DNA of 64,000 nucleotides, from positions 4,898,001-4,962,000 of the forward strand of contig JAWMAR010000021.1 in assembly GCA_036785375.1 (NCBI GenBank), given 5' to 3'. The translations under genes and the position numbers were made by a program. The first letter of the stretch is position 1, and each line of letters starts with the position of its first letter. The notes under the pieces were generated by a model. It made no database searches and had not been told where the DNA came from. It saw only the letters and a list, made by a program, of their open reading frames with translations. Source of the stretch: Leucoraja ocellata (lineage: Eukaryota). Shown piece after piece: positions 25,667 to 37,689 of this stretch.

Positions 25667-26650
25667 AGAATTATTATTTTGGGCAGGGCCACATATTTCT
25701 TAAATTAGGCATGACTCATGGTTCTGTGTCCCAAATATGTTTTTTAACAGTTGTAGATAGAAATCTACCACCAAATAGAATGTTTATATTTGACCAGGCG
25801 AGCTTTAATCAGAAATTCCTCATTTTCCAGAAGGAGTCTGATATCAATGAGTTTTCACAGTGAAGATTATATTTTTGAAAGTAACGCAAGATGGATTGTG
25901 TACCTAGCTAATTTCATATATACAAAGCTTAAACGAGGAGTGTATCAGGTGTTTTCTATGTTAGTAATTGGTCACATACCTATTGAAGATCAGCTGCTAT
26001 GTAAGTGAATTTGAACCATGAGCTTTGCAGACGACTGCCTCACTGAGAAATGGAAATTATTTGTGTTAAGTCGGTAACATGCGTGTTTTAAATATGGAAA
26101 TTCACAGCGATCATAGCCTTTAAACATTGCACTTTTTATACAGTAGGTACTGCCCAATATGTGTCTTTGTAGTAAGAGAGTTAGGCAGTCATACCTTTGC
26201 GTTGTGAAGGTATCATGGTTGAGAGATTTGGTGGTGGTGACTTTCCTTTAATATATAGTTAATGTCTATTTTTGTAAGGTTGGAGGAAACTCCGCTCTGA
26301 TGCCTTTATTGGTGAGGGAGGAAGTGAGAGATGTTGAGTTGGATGGGATTGTTAGCAAATGTCACTGTTGTCCTCAATCTCACCGTGTTTTTGTGCATGA
26401 GACGCTGCTGTGTGCAGGCTTCATTTGGAATTTACTTACAATAATTTTTCAAGGCCAGATTTGTTTTCTGAATTGTTTTCTTTGTGACCACCAAGTTATT
26501 TACGTCTGTTTGTTTCAAAACAAGTGAAATGGAAACGTATATAACAAATGTATTTGAACTTTGTTGTGAAGTCTTGAATTAGAAGAAAATGCAATTGTAT
26601 TTGGAGAAAATTGTTAATTTTGTTAAAATAAAGCAACTTCCACAAGCTTT
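25667..26650 (+). other. NUP58: NUP58 3' UTR (approximate)
   Basis: Repeat-free AT-rich ~1 kb between the stop codon and the poly(A) signal. Confidence 0.65.
26627..26632 (+). terminator. Polyadenylation signal of NUP58
   Basis: AATAAA followed by CA dinucleotides ~10 nt downstream and a T/GT-rich tract; repeats resume ~130 nt later. Confidence 0.7.
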
Positions 26651-26759
26651 GTTATTCTGTATGTTTCTAATGAGACCTACATCTATGATTTACGACACTG
26701 GTTCTGTTTCTTAGACACACATTCATAACTAATATAACAATGGACTTGTGCAGAAGATC

Positions 26760-26940
26760 GACACAAAATGCTGCGGGTCAGGCAGCATCTCTGGAGAAAA
26801 AGGATGGTGACGTTTTGGGTCTGGACCCTTTTTCAGATGTCCCGACCCGAAACATCACCCATCCTTTTTCTCCAGAGATGCTGCCTGACCCACTGAGTTG
26901 CTCAATCTCCTGTAGATAGCATCTACAGTTCCTTTCTACA
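26760..26940. mobile_element. Fold-back Penelope pLTR-derived element
   Basis: gggtcaggcagcatctctggagaaaaaggatggtgacgttt mirrored by aaacatcacccatcctttttctccagagatgctgcctgaccc. Confidence 0.8.
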
Positions 26941-27024
26941 CAACTTGTACAAGTTTTAAAGAAAAAAGTGACTAGGTTATGTAGTCTATCAAAACTCCAG
27001 GACATTTATTCCCATTGTGACAGA

Positions 27025-27540
27025 CATAGAAAATATGTGCAGGAGTAGTGTGCCCTTCGAGCCAGCACTGCCATTCAATATGATCATGGCTGATCATCCA
27101 AAATCAATACCTCATTCCTGCTTTCTCTCCATTTCCCTTGATTCCATTAGCCCTGAGAGCTTTTCTCTAACTTTCTCTTGAAAACATCCAGTGAATTGGC
27201 CTCCACTGCCTTCTGAGGCAGTAGAATTGCACAAATTCACAACTCTCTGGGTGAAAACGTTTTTCCTCAGCTCAGTCCAATCCATAAAATATGACCCCTA
27301 GTTCTGGACTCCTCCAAAATGCGGAACATTTTTCCTGCATCTAGCCTGTCCAATCCCTTAAGAAGTTTATATGTTTCTATAAGATATCCTCTCATCCTTC
27401 TAAATTCCAGTGAATATAAGCCCAGTCGATCCATTCTTTCATCAGATGCCAGTCTCGCCATCCCTGGAATCAACATGATGAACGTACGCTGCACTCCCTC
27501 AATAGCAAGAATGTCCTTTCTCAAATTAGGAGACCAAAAA
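27025..27540 (-). mobile_element. CR1 3' fragment
   Basis: ORF 27267..27524: RKDILAIEGVQR...LGLYSLEFRRMRG. Confidence 0.85.
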
Positions 27541-27626
27541 TGTATTTAAATATCTTTCCTCCCTGAAGAAACAAAAATGTGTCTTATATGACACATCAAA
27601 ATTATTTCAATTATGGCGCTTGACAC

Positions 27627-27900
27627 TACACATCAAAATACTGAACGTGACTCCTTTCATTGACATGACATTGCTGTGTCCCAAACATGATGGTCCCTGA
27701 AATGGGGGGACTATGTATAAACACTGCTGTAATGGTGAAACCTAAATGTATTAAAAAATGGCCTTTAATAAAATCTGACAGTGTGCACTTTAACCACATG
27801 TGATTTTTTTTTTTTTCTCTATTACAAATCTCAAATTGTGGAGTACAGAGGCAAATAAATAGATGATGGGTCTTTATCCCAAACATTATGAAGGGCACTG
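27627..27900. mobile_element. Tc1-like transposon end (IR/DR type), solo
   Basis: Ends in gggcaCTG followed by TA; internal direct repeats tgtcccaaacatgatgg (27677) and tatcccaaacattatga (27875). Confidence 0.7.
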
Positions 27901-29104
27901 TATCTCAATTAAATGTTCTTCCCTTGTCCAAGAGAAAACAACCTGCCTGGTTAAAAACATCCCTCGTACTGAAATTCTCAACTCTTAAGTAGGATACTGT
28001 TAGTGTACAGCATAAGCGTTGCTCAGCACGGACTCGATGGGCCGAAGGCCCTGTTTCCGTGCTGTATCTCTCGTCTAATTGTACCCCTTACTGTGATGGC
28101 CTGAATTCTCACGTATCCATTGTCTGGTGTTTTTTACTATCAGGCATGACCTTTCCTGTTCTTATGATCTGTGCAATCAATTCAAGCAAATATTCCCCAA
28201 ACCTTCTTAATCACTTCATCCACCTGCCCTGCTCCTTAAGGACATATGCTCTTTGTTCCTCTATTTCCCTATAGCTGCCAGGTATATTGTGTAGCAAGGA
28301 ACTGCAGATGCTGGTTTACACTGGAGATGGACACACAAAGCTGGAGTAACTCAGTGGGGCAGGCAGCATCTCTGCAGAGAAGGAATGGGTGACATTTCGG
28401 GTCAAGTCCCTTCTTCAGACTTAGTCAGGGGAGAGGGAAACTAGAGGTATTAAAAGGAACAGACCAAATGAATGATATTCTCTTGTTTGCCTTTTCTAAA
28501 TGAATTCCCTCAAACTTCTCTGGATTGAACTCTATTTGTCATTATCTTTTATTTTTGGTCCACCTGCTCCGTTTATTGATTTGTAGATCTCCATTATCCG
28601 CCCAGCCAATTTGATATAATTTGCACTTCACCTTGCCCCTAACATTCAAGTCCAACTGATGAACAAATGCCATGAAAAGCCAGTAACCTGTAATTAAATT
28701 CCCCAGAATTTAACTGCTTGCACCTGCCTTCTTGTTGAAGCACCATTGACCTTTGGTTTCTGTTTAAACCATCATTGGATCCCTTTGATTCCATGTTTTT
28801 TATTTTCTTATCAATGTTAGACTCATTTTAAAATCCATGTCGATGATATCAAATGAACTAATCTCACCAAACTTCTTACCTCCTCAATTGTTAAACAGGT
28901 ATGAACTTTCTTTAACAAATTTATGCCCAATTTTCCCGATTAAACTTTATTGCCTTTCTAATTGGAGAATAATGTTGTTCCTCAGAATTTATTCATAGTA
29001 ATTGGTTTTCATTGCTCGACTAACTCGCCCGCATTACCTGATCTATCTTTTTCTCTCTTTGAAACAGCAATACCATACCTGCAGCCGTCCATTACTTAAC
29101 ACTA

Positions 29105-29393
29105 GGGACGGTACAGTGGCACAGCAGTAGAGTTGCTGCCTTACAGTGCCAGGGACACTGGTTCAATCCTGTGTACCGGTGCTGTCTGTACATAGTTTGT
29201 ACATTCTTCCTGTGACCTGCATGGGTTTTCTCTGAGTGCTCTGGTTTCCTCCCACATTCAAAAAGCGTGCAGGTTTGTGGGTTAATTGGCTTCTGTAAAA
29301 TTGATAAAACTGTCCCTAGTGTGTAGGGGATCACTGGTTGGGACGGACTCAGTGGGCCGAAGGGCCTGTGTCCCATGCTGTATAACTAAACTA
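29105..29393 (+). mobile_element. V-SINE
   Basis: Head, V-domain and gggccgaagggcctg tail. Confidence 0.87.
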
Positions 29394-29734
29394 ATCGCTG
29401 CATTCTGTAAGATTAGATAATAATGGTCAGTACTTTATTTGCTCTTAAATAGAATGGTGTATGTTTTATCTAGATTTGTGGCTCTGGAAGAACATAAGAA
29501 ATAAGAGCAGGGGTCGGTCACACTGTGCACGGGGCCTGCCCCACCATTCAATAACATTCCCGCTGATCTGATCTTCACCCTCAACTCGATTTACCGCCCC
29601 TTCCCCATAACGCTGTAGTCCAACAACTTAACTGCCTCAGCCCATAAATACCTTTAACGTCTCAACATCCATCGCCCTCTGAAGTGAAAAATTCCAATGG
29701 TGACTTGCGTCGGAGAAAGCATTCTTCATCTAGG

Positions 29735-30000
29735 GAGGCACAGTGGTGCAGCGGTAAAGCTGCTGCCTCAGCGCCGGAGACCCAGATCTGATCCCGACTA
29801 CGGGTGCTGTCTGTGTGGACTTTGTACGTTCTCCCTGTGACCGCATGAGTTTTCTCCGGATGCTCTGGCTTCCTCCCACCTCCTGAAGATGTACAGATTT
29901 TTTGTTTAATAGGCTTCCGTCAATTGCCCCTAGTGTATAAGGTGTGGAACTGTGATAACATAGAACTAGTATATGGGTGATCAATGGTCAGCATGGACTT
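29735..30000 (+). mobile_element. V-SINE
   Basis: ggcacagtggtgcagcggt head and V-domain. Confidence 0.82.
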
Positions 30001-30504
30001 AATGGATCGAAGGGTGAGACTTGTCCTTGATTATGCTGGTGGCCTTGCTGAAGCAGCATGAAGTGCAGATGAGAAAATGGAAGGGAGGCTGGAAAGAGTG
30101 CAGAAAAGATTTATGAAGGTATTGCCAGGACTTGGGGGGCAAACTTCCCATTGATAGAAGGGTTGAGTATTGGAGACATGGATTTAAGGTGACGGGACTA
30201 CAGAACAAGGAACCAGTAGGCCATTCGGCCCTTCGAGCCAGCACCACCATTCAATGTAATCATGGCTGATCATCCAGAATCAGCCTTTCAGGTCTCAGAA
30301 TCCAGAATATTTTTTCAGTTAGAATCTCAAATTCACTGGCTCAATCCTTGTTTTAAAAACAAAATGAGATGCATTAGATAAATTAGATAAAATAAAATCC
30401 ATTGTTACGGGTAACTAGGCAGGGAGTAGGTCTAATTCGATCGCTCCTCGGAAGCTGGTGGTTTTACAGGCGTTTCTTAGTGATGTAATGATTCTATAGG
30501 CAGT

Positions 30505-31055
30505 ACAGGGTGACGTGGTTGCGCAGCTGGTAAACCTGCTGTCTCACAGCGCCAGAGACCTGGGTTTGCTCCTGACCTCAGGTGTTGGCTGTTAGGAATT
30601 TGCATTCTCTCCTTGTGACCTTGTGAGTTTCCTCCGGGTGCTCTGGTTTCCACTCACGTCCTAAAGATGTGTGGGATTGTATGTTAATTGGCTCTGTAAA
30701 TTGTCCCCACTTTGTTGGGAGTGGATGAGAAAGTGAGATAACATATAACTAGTGTGATAGAGTAACTCAGCGGGTCAAGCAGCACCTCAGGAGAACATGA
30801 AGAGGCGACGTTTCGGGTTGGGACTTTTCTTTTGTCCCAACCCAAAACATCACCTATCCATGTTCTCCAGAGATGCAGCCTGATCTGCTGAATTACTCCA
30901 GCACTTTGTGTCTCTTTCTGTAGCCCAACATATGCAATTCCTTGTTTCTACATGGAACTAGTGTGAACTAGTTCAGTTCTACATAGAACTAGTTGATCAA
31001 TGGTCGGCAATGGCTCATTGGGCCGAAGAGCCTATTTCCTTGCTGTATCTTTAAA
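30505..31055 (+). mobile_element. V-SINE carrying a fold-back insert (30758-30949)
   Basis: SINE interrupted at aactagtgtga; near-duplicate 17-mers at 30741-30757 and 30950-30966. Confidence 0.8.
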
Positions 31056-31666
31056 ATAAATGCTCCACCATTGAAGATGATCCCTGTGGGATACTAATAT
31101 CCTGTGGCTCCCAGGCTACTTGGCAATGGTAGTGGCAGGGCAAGAGTTAAAAAAAAAATCCATGTCCAAACTTCACTTTAGTTTGTCTCGGTGTCCATTA
31201 GAGGGCAAGCTTGTCATTTGCAGATGCACTCGTGTTGCTTGGAGTAGATGAGAAAAGCATTAGCACCTCCTTTCCTACGAGGAGTCGCATCCTTACAGCA
31301 ATAATTACAAATGATCACAGGTGTTGAAATTTGGGGCCAATTTTTGATTGGAATTGGTGAGAATAAAATGTTATTCAAGCAGAGGCCAACATTTCAATTA
31401 CAGAACTCCTAGCATGCAGTCTGAAGAAAGGCCCCGACTCAACCCGAAGTGTCATTTATGCATAAATAAACACAAAGTGCTGGAGTAACTCAGCATGTCA
31501 TGCAGCATCTCCTGAGAAGAAGGAATCGGTAACATTTGGGGTCGGGTGACTTCATACTGAGAAAGGGTCCCGACCCAAAAGATCACCTATCCTTTTTCTC
31601 TGGAGATGCTGCCTGACTTACTGAGTTACTCCAGCACTCCACGTGGATACTCCAGCACTCCACTCC

Positions 31667-32258
31667 AGTTGGGATGTAATGTTAAAATTGTACAAGGCAT
31701 TGGTGAGGCCAATTCTGGAATATGGGGTACAATTTTGGTCGCCTAATTATAGGAAGGATGTCAACAAAATAGAGAGAGTACAGAGGAGATTTACTAGAAT
31801 GTTGCCTGGGTTTCAGCAACTAAGTTACAGAGAAAGGTTGAACAAGTTAGGGCTTTATTCTTTGGAGCGCAGAAGGTTAAGGGGGGACTTGATAGAGGTT
31901 TTTAAAATGATGAGAGGGATAGACAGAGTTGACGTGGAAAAGCTTTTCCCACTGAGAGTAAGGAAGATTCAAACAAGGGGACATGACTTGAGAATTAAGG
32001 GACTGAAGTTTAGGGGTAACATGAGGGGGAACTTCTTTACTCAGAGAGTGGTGGCTGTGTGGAATGAGCTTGGTGGAATGGAATGGTGGAGGCAGGTTCG
32101 TTTTTATCATTTAAAAATAAATTGGATAGTTATATGGACGGGAAGGGAATGGAAGGTTATGGTCTGAGCGCAGGTATATGGGACTAGGGGAGAATATGTG
32201 TTCGTCATGGACTAGAAGGGTCGAGATGGCCTGTTTCCGTGCTGTAATTGTTATATGG
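31667..32258 (+). mobile_element. Young CR1 3' fragment, same subfamily as 4689-6015
   Basis: ORF 31643..32167 nearly identical to 5323..5937; same gagatggcctgtttccgt.ctgtaattgttatatg tail. Confidence 0.92.
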
Positions 32259-32479
32259 ATAGGTGACATAGAAGCAAAGAACTGCAGATGCTGGATTATG
32301 CCAAAGCAAGATACAAAGTGTTGAAGTAACTCAGCGGGTCAGGCAGCATCACCAGAGAAAAAGGATAGGTGACTTTTCGGGTTGTGACCCTTCTTCAGTC
32401 TGAAGAAGACGTGGGCCTAAATGCCTGTTCCAGTGCTGTACTGTTCTATGTATTTCCTTCTAAAATATACTGTGAATTT

Positions 32480-33128
32480 AGGAAGTTGTGAAGTAAAAGC
32501 TTCCAAAATTTCAAGATCTGGACTCGGGCATTAAATCTTGGCTGAATTTCAGTGTGGTACTAAGGAAGCTTGTGTTATTGAGGTGCCATCTACAAATTAA
32601 CATTTTGATGTAGTAGCTCTCTTGGAGTGAGTGTCTTTAGACATTAGAGATACAACGTAGAAACAGGCCCTTCGGCCCATTGATACTGCACTGATTAGCG
32701 ATCACCTCATACACTAGCACAATCCTACACACTAAGTACAATTTTACTGAAGCCAATTAGCCTACAAACCTGCACATCTTTGGGATGTGGGAGGAAACCC
32801 AAGCGGTCACATCAAGAACGTGCAAACTCCGTACAAACAGCACTCGTGGTCAGATGAGTCTCTGGCGCTGTCGGGCAGCATCTCTACCGCAGCATTACTG
32901 TGCTGCTTGACTGATGTAAAATATCCCACAGCACAATTCAGAATAGACCAGGTGCTCTGACCAGCATTTATATCTCAATCAACATGAGTGAAATAGTTTA
33001 ATTGATCACTTACCTTATTGCAATTTACATGACCTTGCTTTGCGCACGTTTGCTGCTGTTTTCCTACATTAAAACTTTGCTGGCACTTGAAAACTCATTA
33101 ATTGACTATGAGGCACTTTGGTTTATCC
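32480..33128 (+). mobile_element. Ancient Deu-domain SINE (SacSINE1-like) interrupted by a minus-strand V-SINE (32636-32905)
   Basis: gatgtaaaatatccca, atttatatctcaatcaacat, ttgctttgcgcac..ttgctgctgttttcctacatt and gcactttgg resemble the recalled DeuSINE consensus. Confidence 0.65.
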
Positions 33129-33156
33129 AACAAATGTCAGCGCCGCACCCTATTAA

Positions 33157-33184
33157 CTGAAGAAGGGTTCCGACCCGAAACGTC
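33157..33184 (+). ncRNA. Minimal type I hammerhead ribozyme-like core
   Basis: CTGAAGA-A-GGGT(TCCG)ACCC-GAAA-CGTC. Confidence 0.55.
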
Positions 33185-33519
33185 ACCCATCTATATCCTC
33201 CCCTCCAGAGATGTGCCTGACCTACTGTGTTAGTCCAGCACCTCTGTGTTTTACTATTGACTGTTATGTTTGGGAGAAGATGGAAAGAGACAACGTTCAG
33301 CACTGCTCAAATGGACTTGAACCACAGATTTCTGTTCGATCTGTTGCTTTTTACAAAGGTGAGTTTCTCTATTTGAAAATGGACTTTAAGAAATATAACG
33401 CTATTGTAGATGCTGAACATTAAATGGATGAGAATTGTGATGAGTGGTCGGCATGGACTCAGTGGGCTGAAGGGCCTGGTTCCATGCTGCATGTCTAAAC
33501 AAGAAAGAACTTCTAGCTT

Positions 33520-33790
33520 GGTTTAGAAATACACTGTGAATACAGGCCCTTCAGCCCACCGAGCTAACACCAACCATCGATAACCTATACTATACCAGGA
33601 GCAATTTGCAGAAGCCAATTAACGTATAAACCCGCATGTCTTTGGGATGTGGGAGGAAACCGGAGGATCCAGAGAAAACCCACATGGTCACAGGGAGAAT
33701 GTACAAACTCCACTCAGGCTGCAAGCAGGTTCAGGATAGAACCCAGGTCTCTTGTGTTGTGAGGCAGCAGCTCTACCACTGTGCCACCTA
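33520..33790 (-). mobile_element. V-SINE
   Basis: Reverse-complement V-domain and head. Confidence 0.82.
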
Positions 33791-34174
33791 TTATCTAGAA
33801 TGATAAAATCATCAGTCTTCGTGATACTCTTCAGGCTTTTTGATCCAGCGTGCTTTTATTGTTCCCTGAAGCAGGTTGAACATTTTTCTCTCCAACTTTC
33901 CTTTTTTTTTTAAAGTATTATTCATAAATCCTATTTTGGGGATTTTTAGTTTTAAGTTTATTATTGTCATGTTTACCGAGGTGAAGTGAAGAGTTTTGTT
34001 TTATATGCTATCCAAACAGATCACATAAAAAAACGAGCCAAACTTAAGTGCAATTGGTAGAGAAAAGGGCAAGATACAGAATGCAGAATATGGTTCTCTG
34101 CATTGTAGCACAATAGTTCCAGGAACAAAGTCCAATGTTCGTAATGGAGTAGAGTTAAATTGCATAGTACCCAT

Positions 34175-34555
34175 AAGATCATAAGATACAGGAGCAAAAT
34201 TATGCCAATTGGCCCATCGAATCTACTCCGCCATTCATTCATGGCTGATCTACCTTTCCCTCTCAACCACACTCTCCTGCCTTCTCATAACGTTTGACAC
34301 CCTTACTAATCAAAAATGTATCAATCTCCACTTTAAAAATAGCCAATAACTTGGCCTCCATAACCGTCCGTGGCAATCAATTCCGCAGATTTATCACCCT
34401 CTGGCTGAAGAAATTCCTCCTTATCTCCATTCTAAAGGTACGTCCTTTAATTCTGAGGCTGTGCCCTCAGATCCTAGACTCTCCCATTACTAGAAATGTC
34501 CTCTCCGCATCCACTCTATGTAGGCCTTTCATTATTTGGTAAGTTTCAACATGAT
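34175..34555 (-). mobile_element. CR1 3' fragment
   Basis: Reverse-complement CR1 3' UTR with cataagat tail. Confidence 0.8.
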
Positions 34556-34654
34556 CCCTGGCTTATGTCAGCAAACAAACTAAATCTGGCAATTAGATGT
34601 ATGTTTATTTTTTATAGGTGATCAAGACTGAGGGAGGAATGTTATCCAAATAAA

Positions 34655-35750
34655 AGGGAGAGTGCAGAGAAGATTTATGAGGATGTTGCCAAGACTTGAC
34701 AGCCTGCGCTATTGAGAGATGCTGGGCAGGCTGTGACTGTATTCCTTAGAGCCCAATAAGCTGTGGGTGATCTTTTTGAGGTGTACAAGATCATGAGAGG
34801 AATAGAAAGGGTGAATAACAGAGTTCTTTACACAGAGTAGGGGAATTGAATGATAGGACATACGATAGGACATACGTTTAAGGTGAGAGAAATGTATTTA
34901 ATAGAAAACAGAAGTACAACTTTTACAAAGGTGCAGATAAGCCTGCACAGATAATAGGTGGCACATTTGCTCAGCAGTAGAGTTGCAGCCTCACAGCGCT
35001 AGAGTTGCAGCCTCACAACGGTAGAGTTGCAGCCTCACAGCGCTAGAGACCTGGGTTCTATCTGGACCTCGGGTGCTATCTGTACGCAGTTTGTACCTTT
35101 TCCCTGTGTTTAGAGTTTTAGTTTAGAGAAACAGTGCGGAAACAAGCCCTTCGGCCCACCGGGTCCGCACTAACCAGCGATCCCCATCCAACACACTAGG
35201 GACAATTTTACACATACACCAAGCCAATTACCCCACATACCTGTACGTCTTTGGAGTGTGGGAAGAAACTGAAGATCTCGGCGAAAACCCACGCAGGCAC
35301 GAAGAGAACATACAAACTCCGTACACACAGCAGCCATAGTCAGGATCGAACCCAGGTCTCTGGCTCTGTAAGGCAGCAACTCTACCTCTGCGCCACCATG
35401 CTGCCCAATGACTGTGGGTTTCCTCCCACGTCCCAAAGATGTGCAGGTTTATAGGTTAATTGCGTACTGTAAATTGCCCCCAGTATGTAGGACATAGAAC
35501 TGGAGTACAGGTGATTGATGGTTGTCGTGGACTCAGTGGGCTGAAGTGCCCATGGTGGTGGGTATATGGAATAAGCTGCCAGAGGAAGTAGTTAAGGCAG
35601 GTACTATAACAAAATTGAAAAGACATTTGGGCAGGTACATGGATAGGAAAGATTTAGAGGGATATGGGTAAACACAAGCATGTGGGAATAGATCAGACTT
35701 GTTGAGCAAGTTGGGCCGAAGGGCCTGTTTCCGTGCTATATGACTCTATG
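34655..35750 (+). mobile_element. Nested cluster: CR1 fragment containing a + V-SINE (34960-35550), which contains a - V-SINE (35108-35405)
   Basis: CR1 sequence resumes at ~35555; outer SINE resumes at ~35410. Confidence 0.8.
34978..35043 (+). repeat. 3 x 22-bp tandem repeat in SINE head
   Basis: tagagttgcagcctcaca(gcgc/acgg) three times. Confidence 0.9.
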
Positions 35751-36291
35751 CGAGCTCTCTTCAATACATTCAATCAGATTGTTTTTAAAGATTCACTTTA
35801 ATCACAGACTCTGGAAGATGGCCCTCTAATTTATTACATTATCCACAGGATAGATTTACCAACAATCCAGTCAACCCGTGGGACTGTAGTCAGCTAAGCC
35901 GGCAACATGTGCTGGCATCTTGGCACATCGCTCAGAACAGCAATCTGAGGAAGGGTCCCAACGCAAAACCTCACCCATCCTTTTTCTCCACAGATGCTGC
36001 CTGACCTGCTGAGTCACTCCGGTACTCTGTGTCTATCTTCGCTCAGATCAGCAATTTATAAACTCAGAATGAATGAATGATACTTTCTTTTCACATGTGA
36101 CATGTCACAATGAAATTCTTTGTTTTACAAACCATACACAAAGTATGCAATGAGTTGCCACGTATAGGGCACCAACAAAGTTACGTGTTCAATGTAGTCC
36201 CCAATGGTGCCTCTTTGTTCTCTTGGCGCCCCCCACAGGCTGGGTCCCTCATTCAATCAAAACAACCAATTGAATCAAACCCTGAAAAATG

Positions 36292-36294
<3 letters not shown>

Positions 36295-36348
<54 letters not shown>
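36295..36348. repeat. (TA)n microsatellite
   Basis: Direct reading. Confidence 0.95.
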
Positions 36349-36355
<7 letters not shown>

Positions 36356-36840
36356 TTTCAAACTTTCGTGGAGAATTCTCTTTAAAAATTGACATTATTT
36401 GGCTAATCAATTATTAAGTCATTCCCTGAATTTCTTGTTCTGAACTTCCTGTCATTTCTAATCCAAAGACGTACTGGTTTGTTGGTTAATTGGTTAAGTG
36501 TAAATTGTCTCTAGTGTGTATAGGGTTGCATTAGTGTGCGGGAGGCGCTGGTCAGCGCGGACTCTGTGGGCCTAGGGGCCTGTTTCCGTGCTGTATCTCT
36601 AAACTAAACTAATGTTTAAGAAAGAAGTGCAGATGCTGGAAAAATCGACGGTAGACAAAAATATGAAGAAACTCAGTGGGTGAGGCAGCACATATGGAGC
36701 GATGGAATAGGTGTCATTTCGGGTCGTGACACTTCTTCAGATTTATGTGGGGGAGGGGGGGGCGGGAAGAAGAAAGGAAAAGCAGAGACTGGGCTGTGAG
36801 AGAGCTGGGAAGGGGAAGGGAAGGAGGGAGAAAGCAAGGA

Positions 36841-37678
36841 CTACCTGAAATTTGAAAAGTCAATGTTCATACAGCTGGGATGTAAACTACCCAAGCAAAA
36901 TATGAGGTGCTGCTCCTCCAATTTGCGGTGGGACTCACTCTGGCCATGGAGGAGCCCCAGGACAGAAAGGTCGGATTCGGAATGGGATGGAGAGTTGAAG
37001 TGCTGAGCCACCAGGAGGTCAGGTTGGTTAATGCGAACTGTGCGGAGGTGTTGGGCGAAGCAATCGCCAAGCCTGCGCTTGGTCTCACCGATGTAGAGCA
37101 GTTGACACCTAGAGCAGGGGATGCAATAGATGAGGTTGGAGGAGGTGCAGGTGAACCTCTGCCTCACCTGGAAAGATTCTTTGGGTCCTTGGATGGAGTC
37201 GAGGGGGCAGGTTAAACGACAAGTGTAGCATTTCCTGCGGTTGCAAGGGAAATTACCAGGGGGTGGTTTGGGTGGGAAGGGACAAATTGACCAGGGAATT
37301 ACGGAGGGAGCGGTCTCTGCGGAAAGCCGAAAGGGGAGGAGATGGGAAGATGTGGTCAGTGTTGGGATCCCGTTGGAGGTGGTGAAAATGTCAGAGGATT
37401 ATCTGTTGTATGTGACGGCTGGTAGGGTGGAAGGTGAGGACAAGGGGGACTCTGTCCTTGTTACGAGTGGGGGGATGGGGAGTGAGAGCAGAGTCACGTG
37501 ATATAGAAGAGACCCTGGTGAGAGCCTCATCTATAGTCGAAGAGGGGAATCTCCGATGCCCTGGTTTGGAATACCTCATCCTGGGTGCAGATGCGGCATA
37601 GACGGAGGAATTAGGAGTAGGGGATTCCTTACAGGAAGCAGGGTGGGAAGAAGAGTAGTCCAGATAGCCGTGGGTCAT
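36841..37678 (-). pseudogene. Penelope ORF C-terminal part (RT thumb plus GIY-YIG), inverted arm
   Basis: YLDYSSSHP, RVPLVLTFHP, LIYCIPCSRCQLLYIGETKR. Confidence 0.9.
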
Positions 37679-37689
37679 CCATTATTTTA

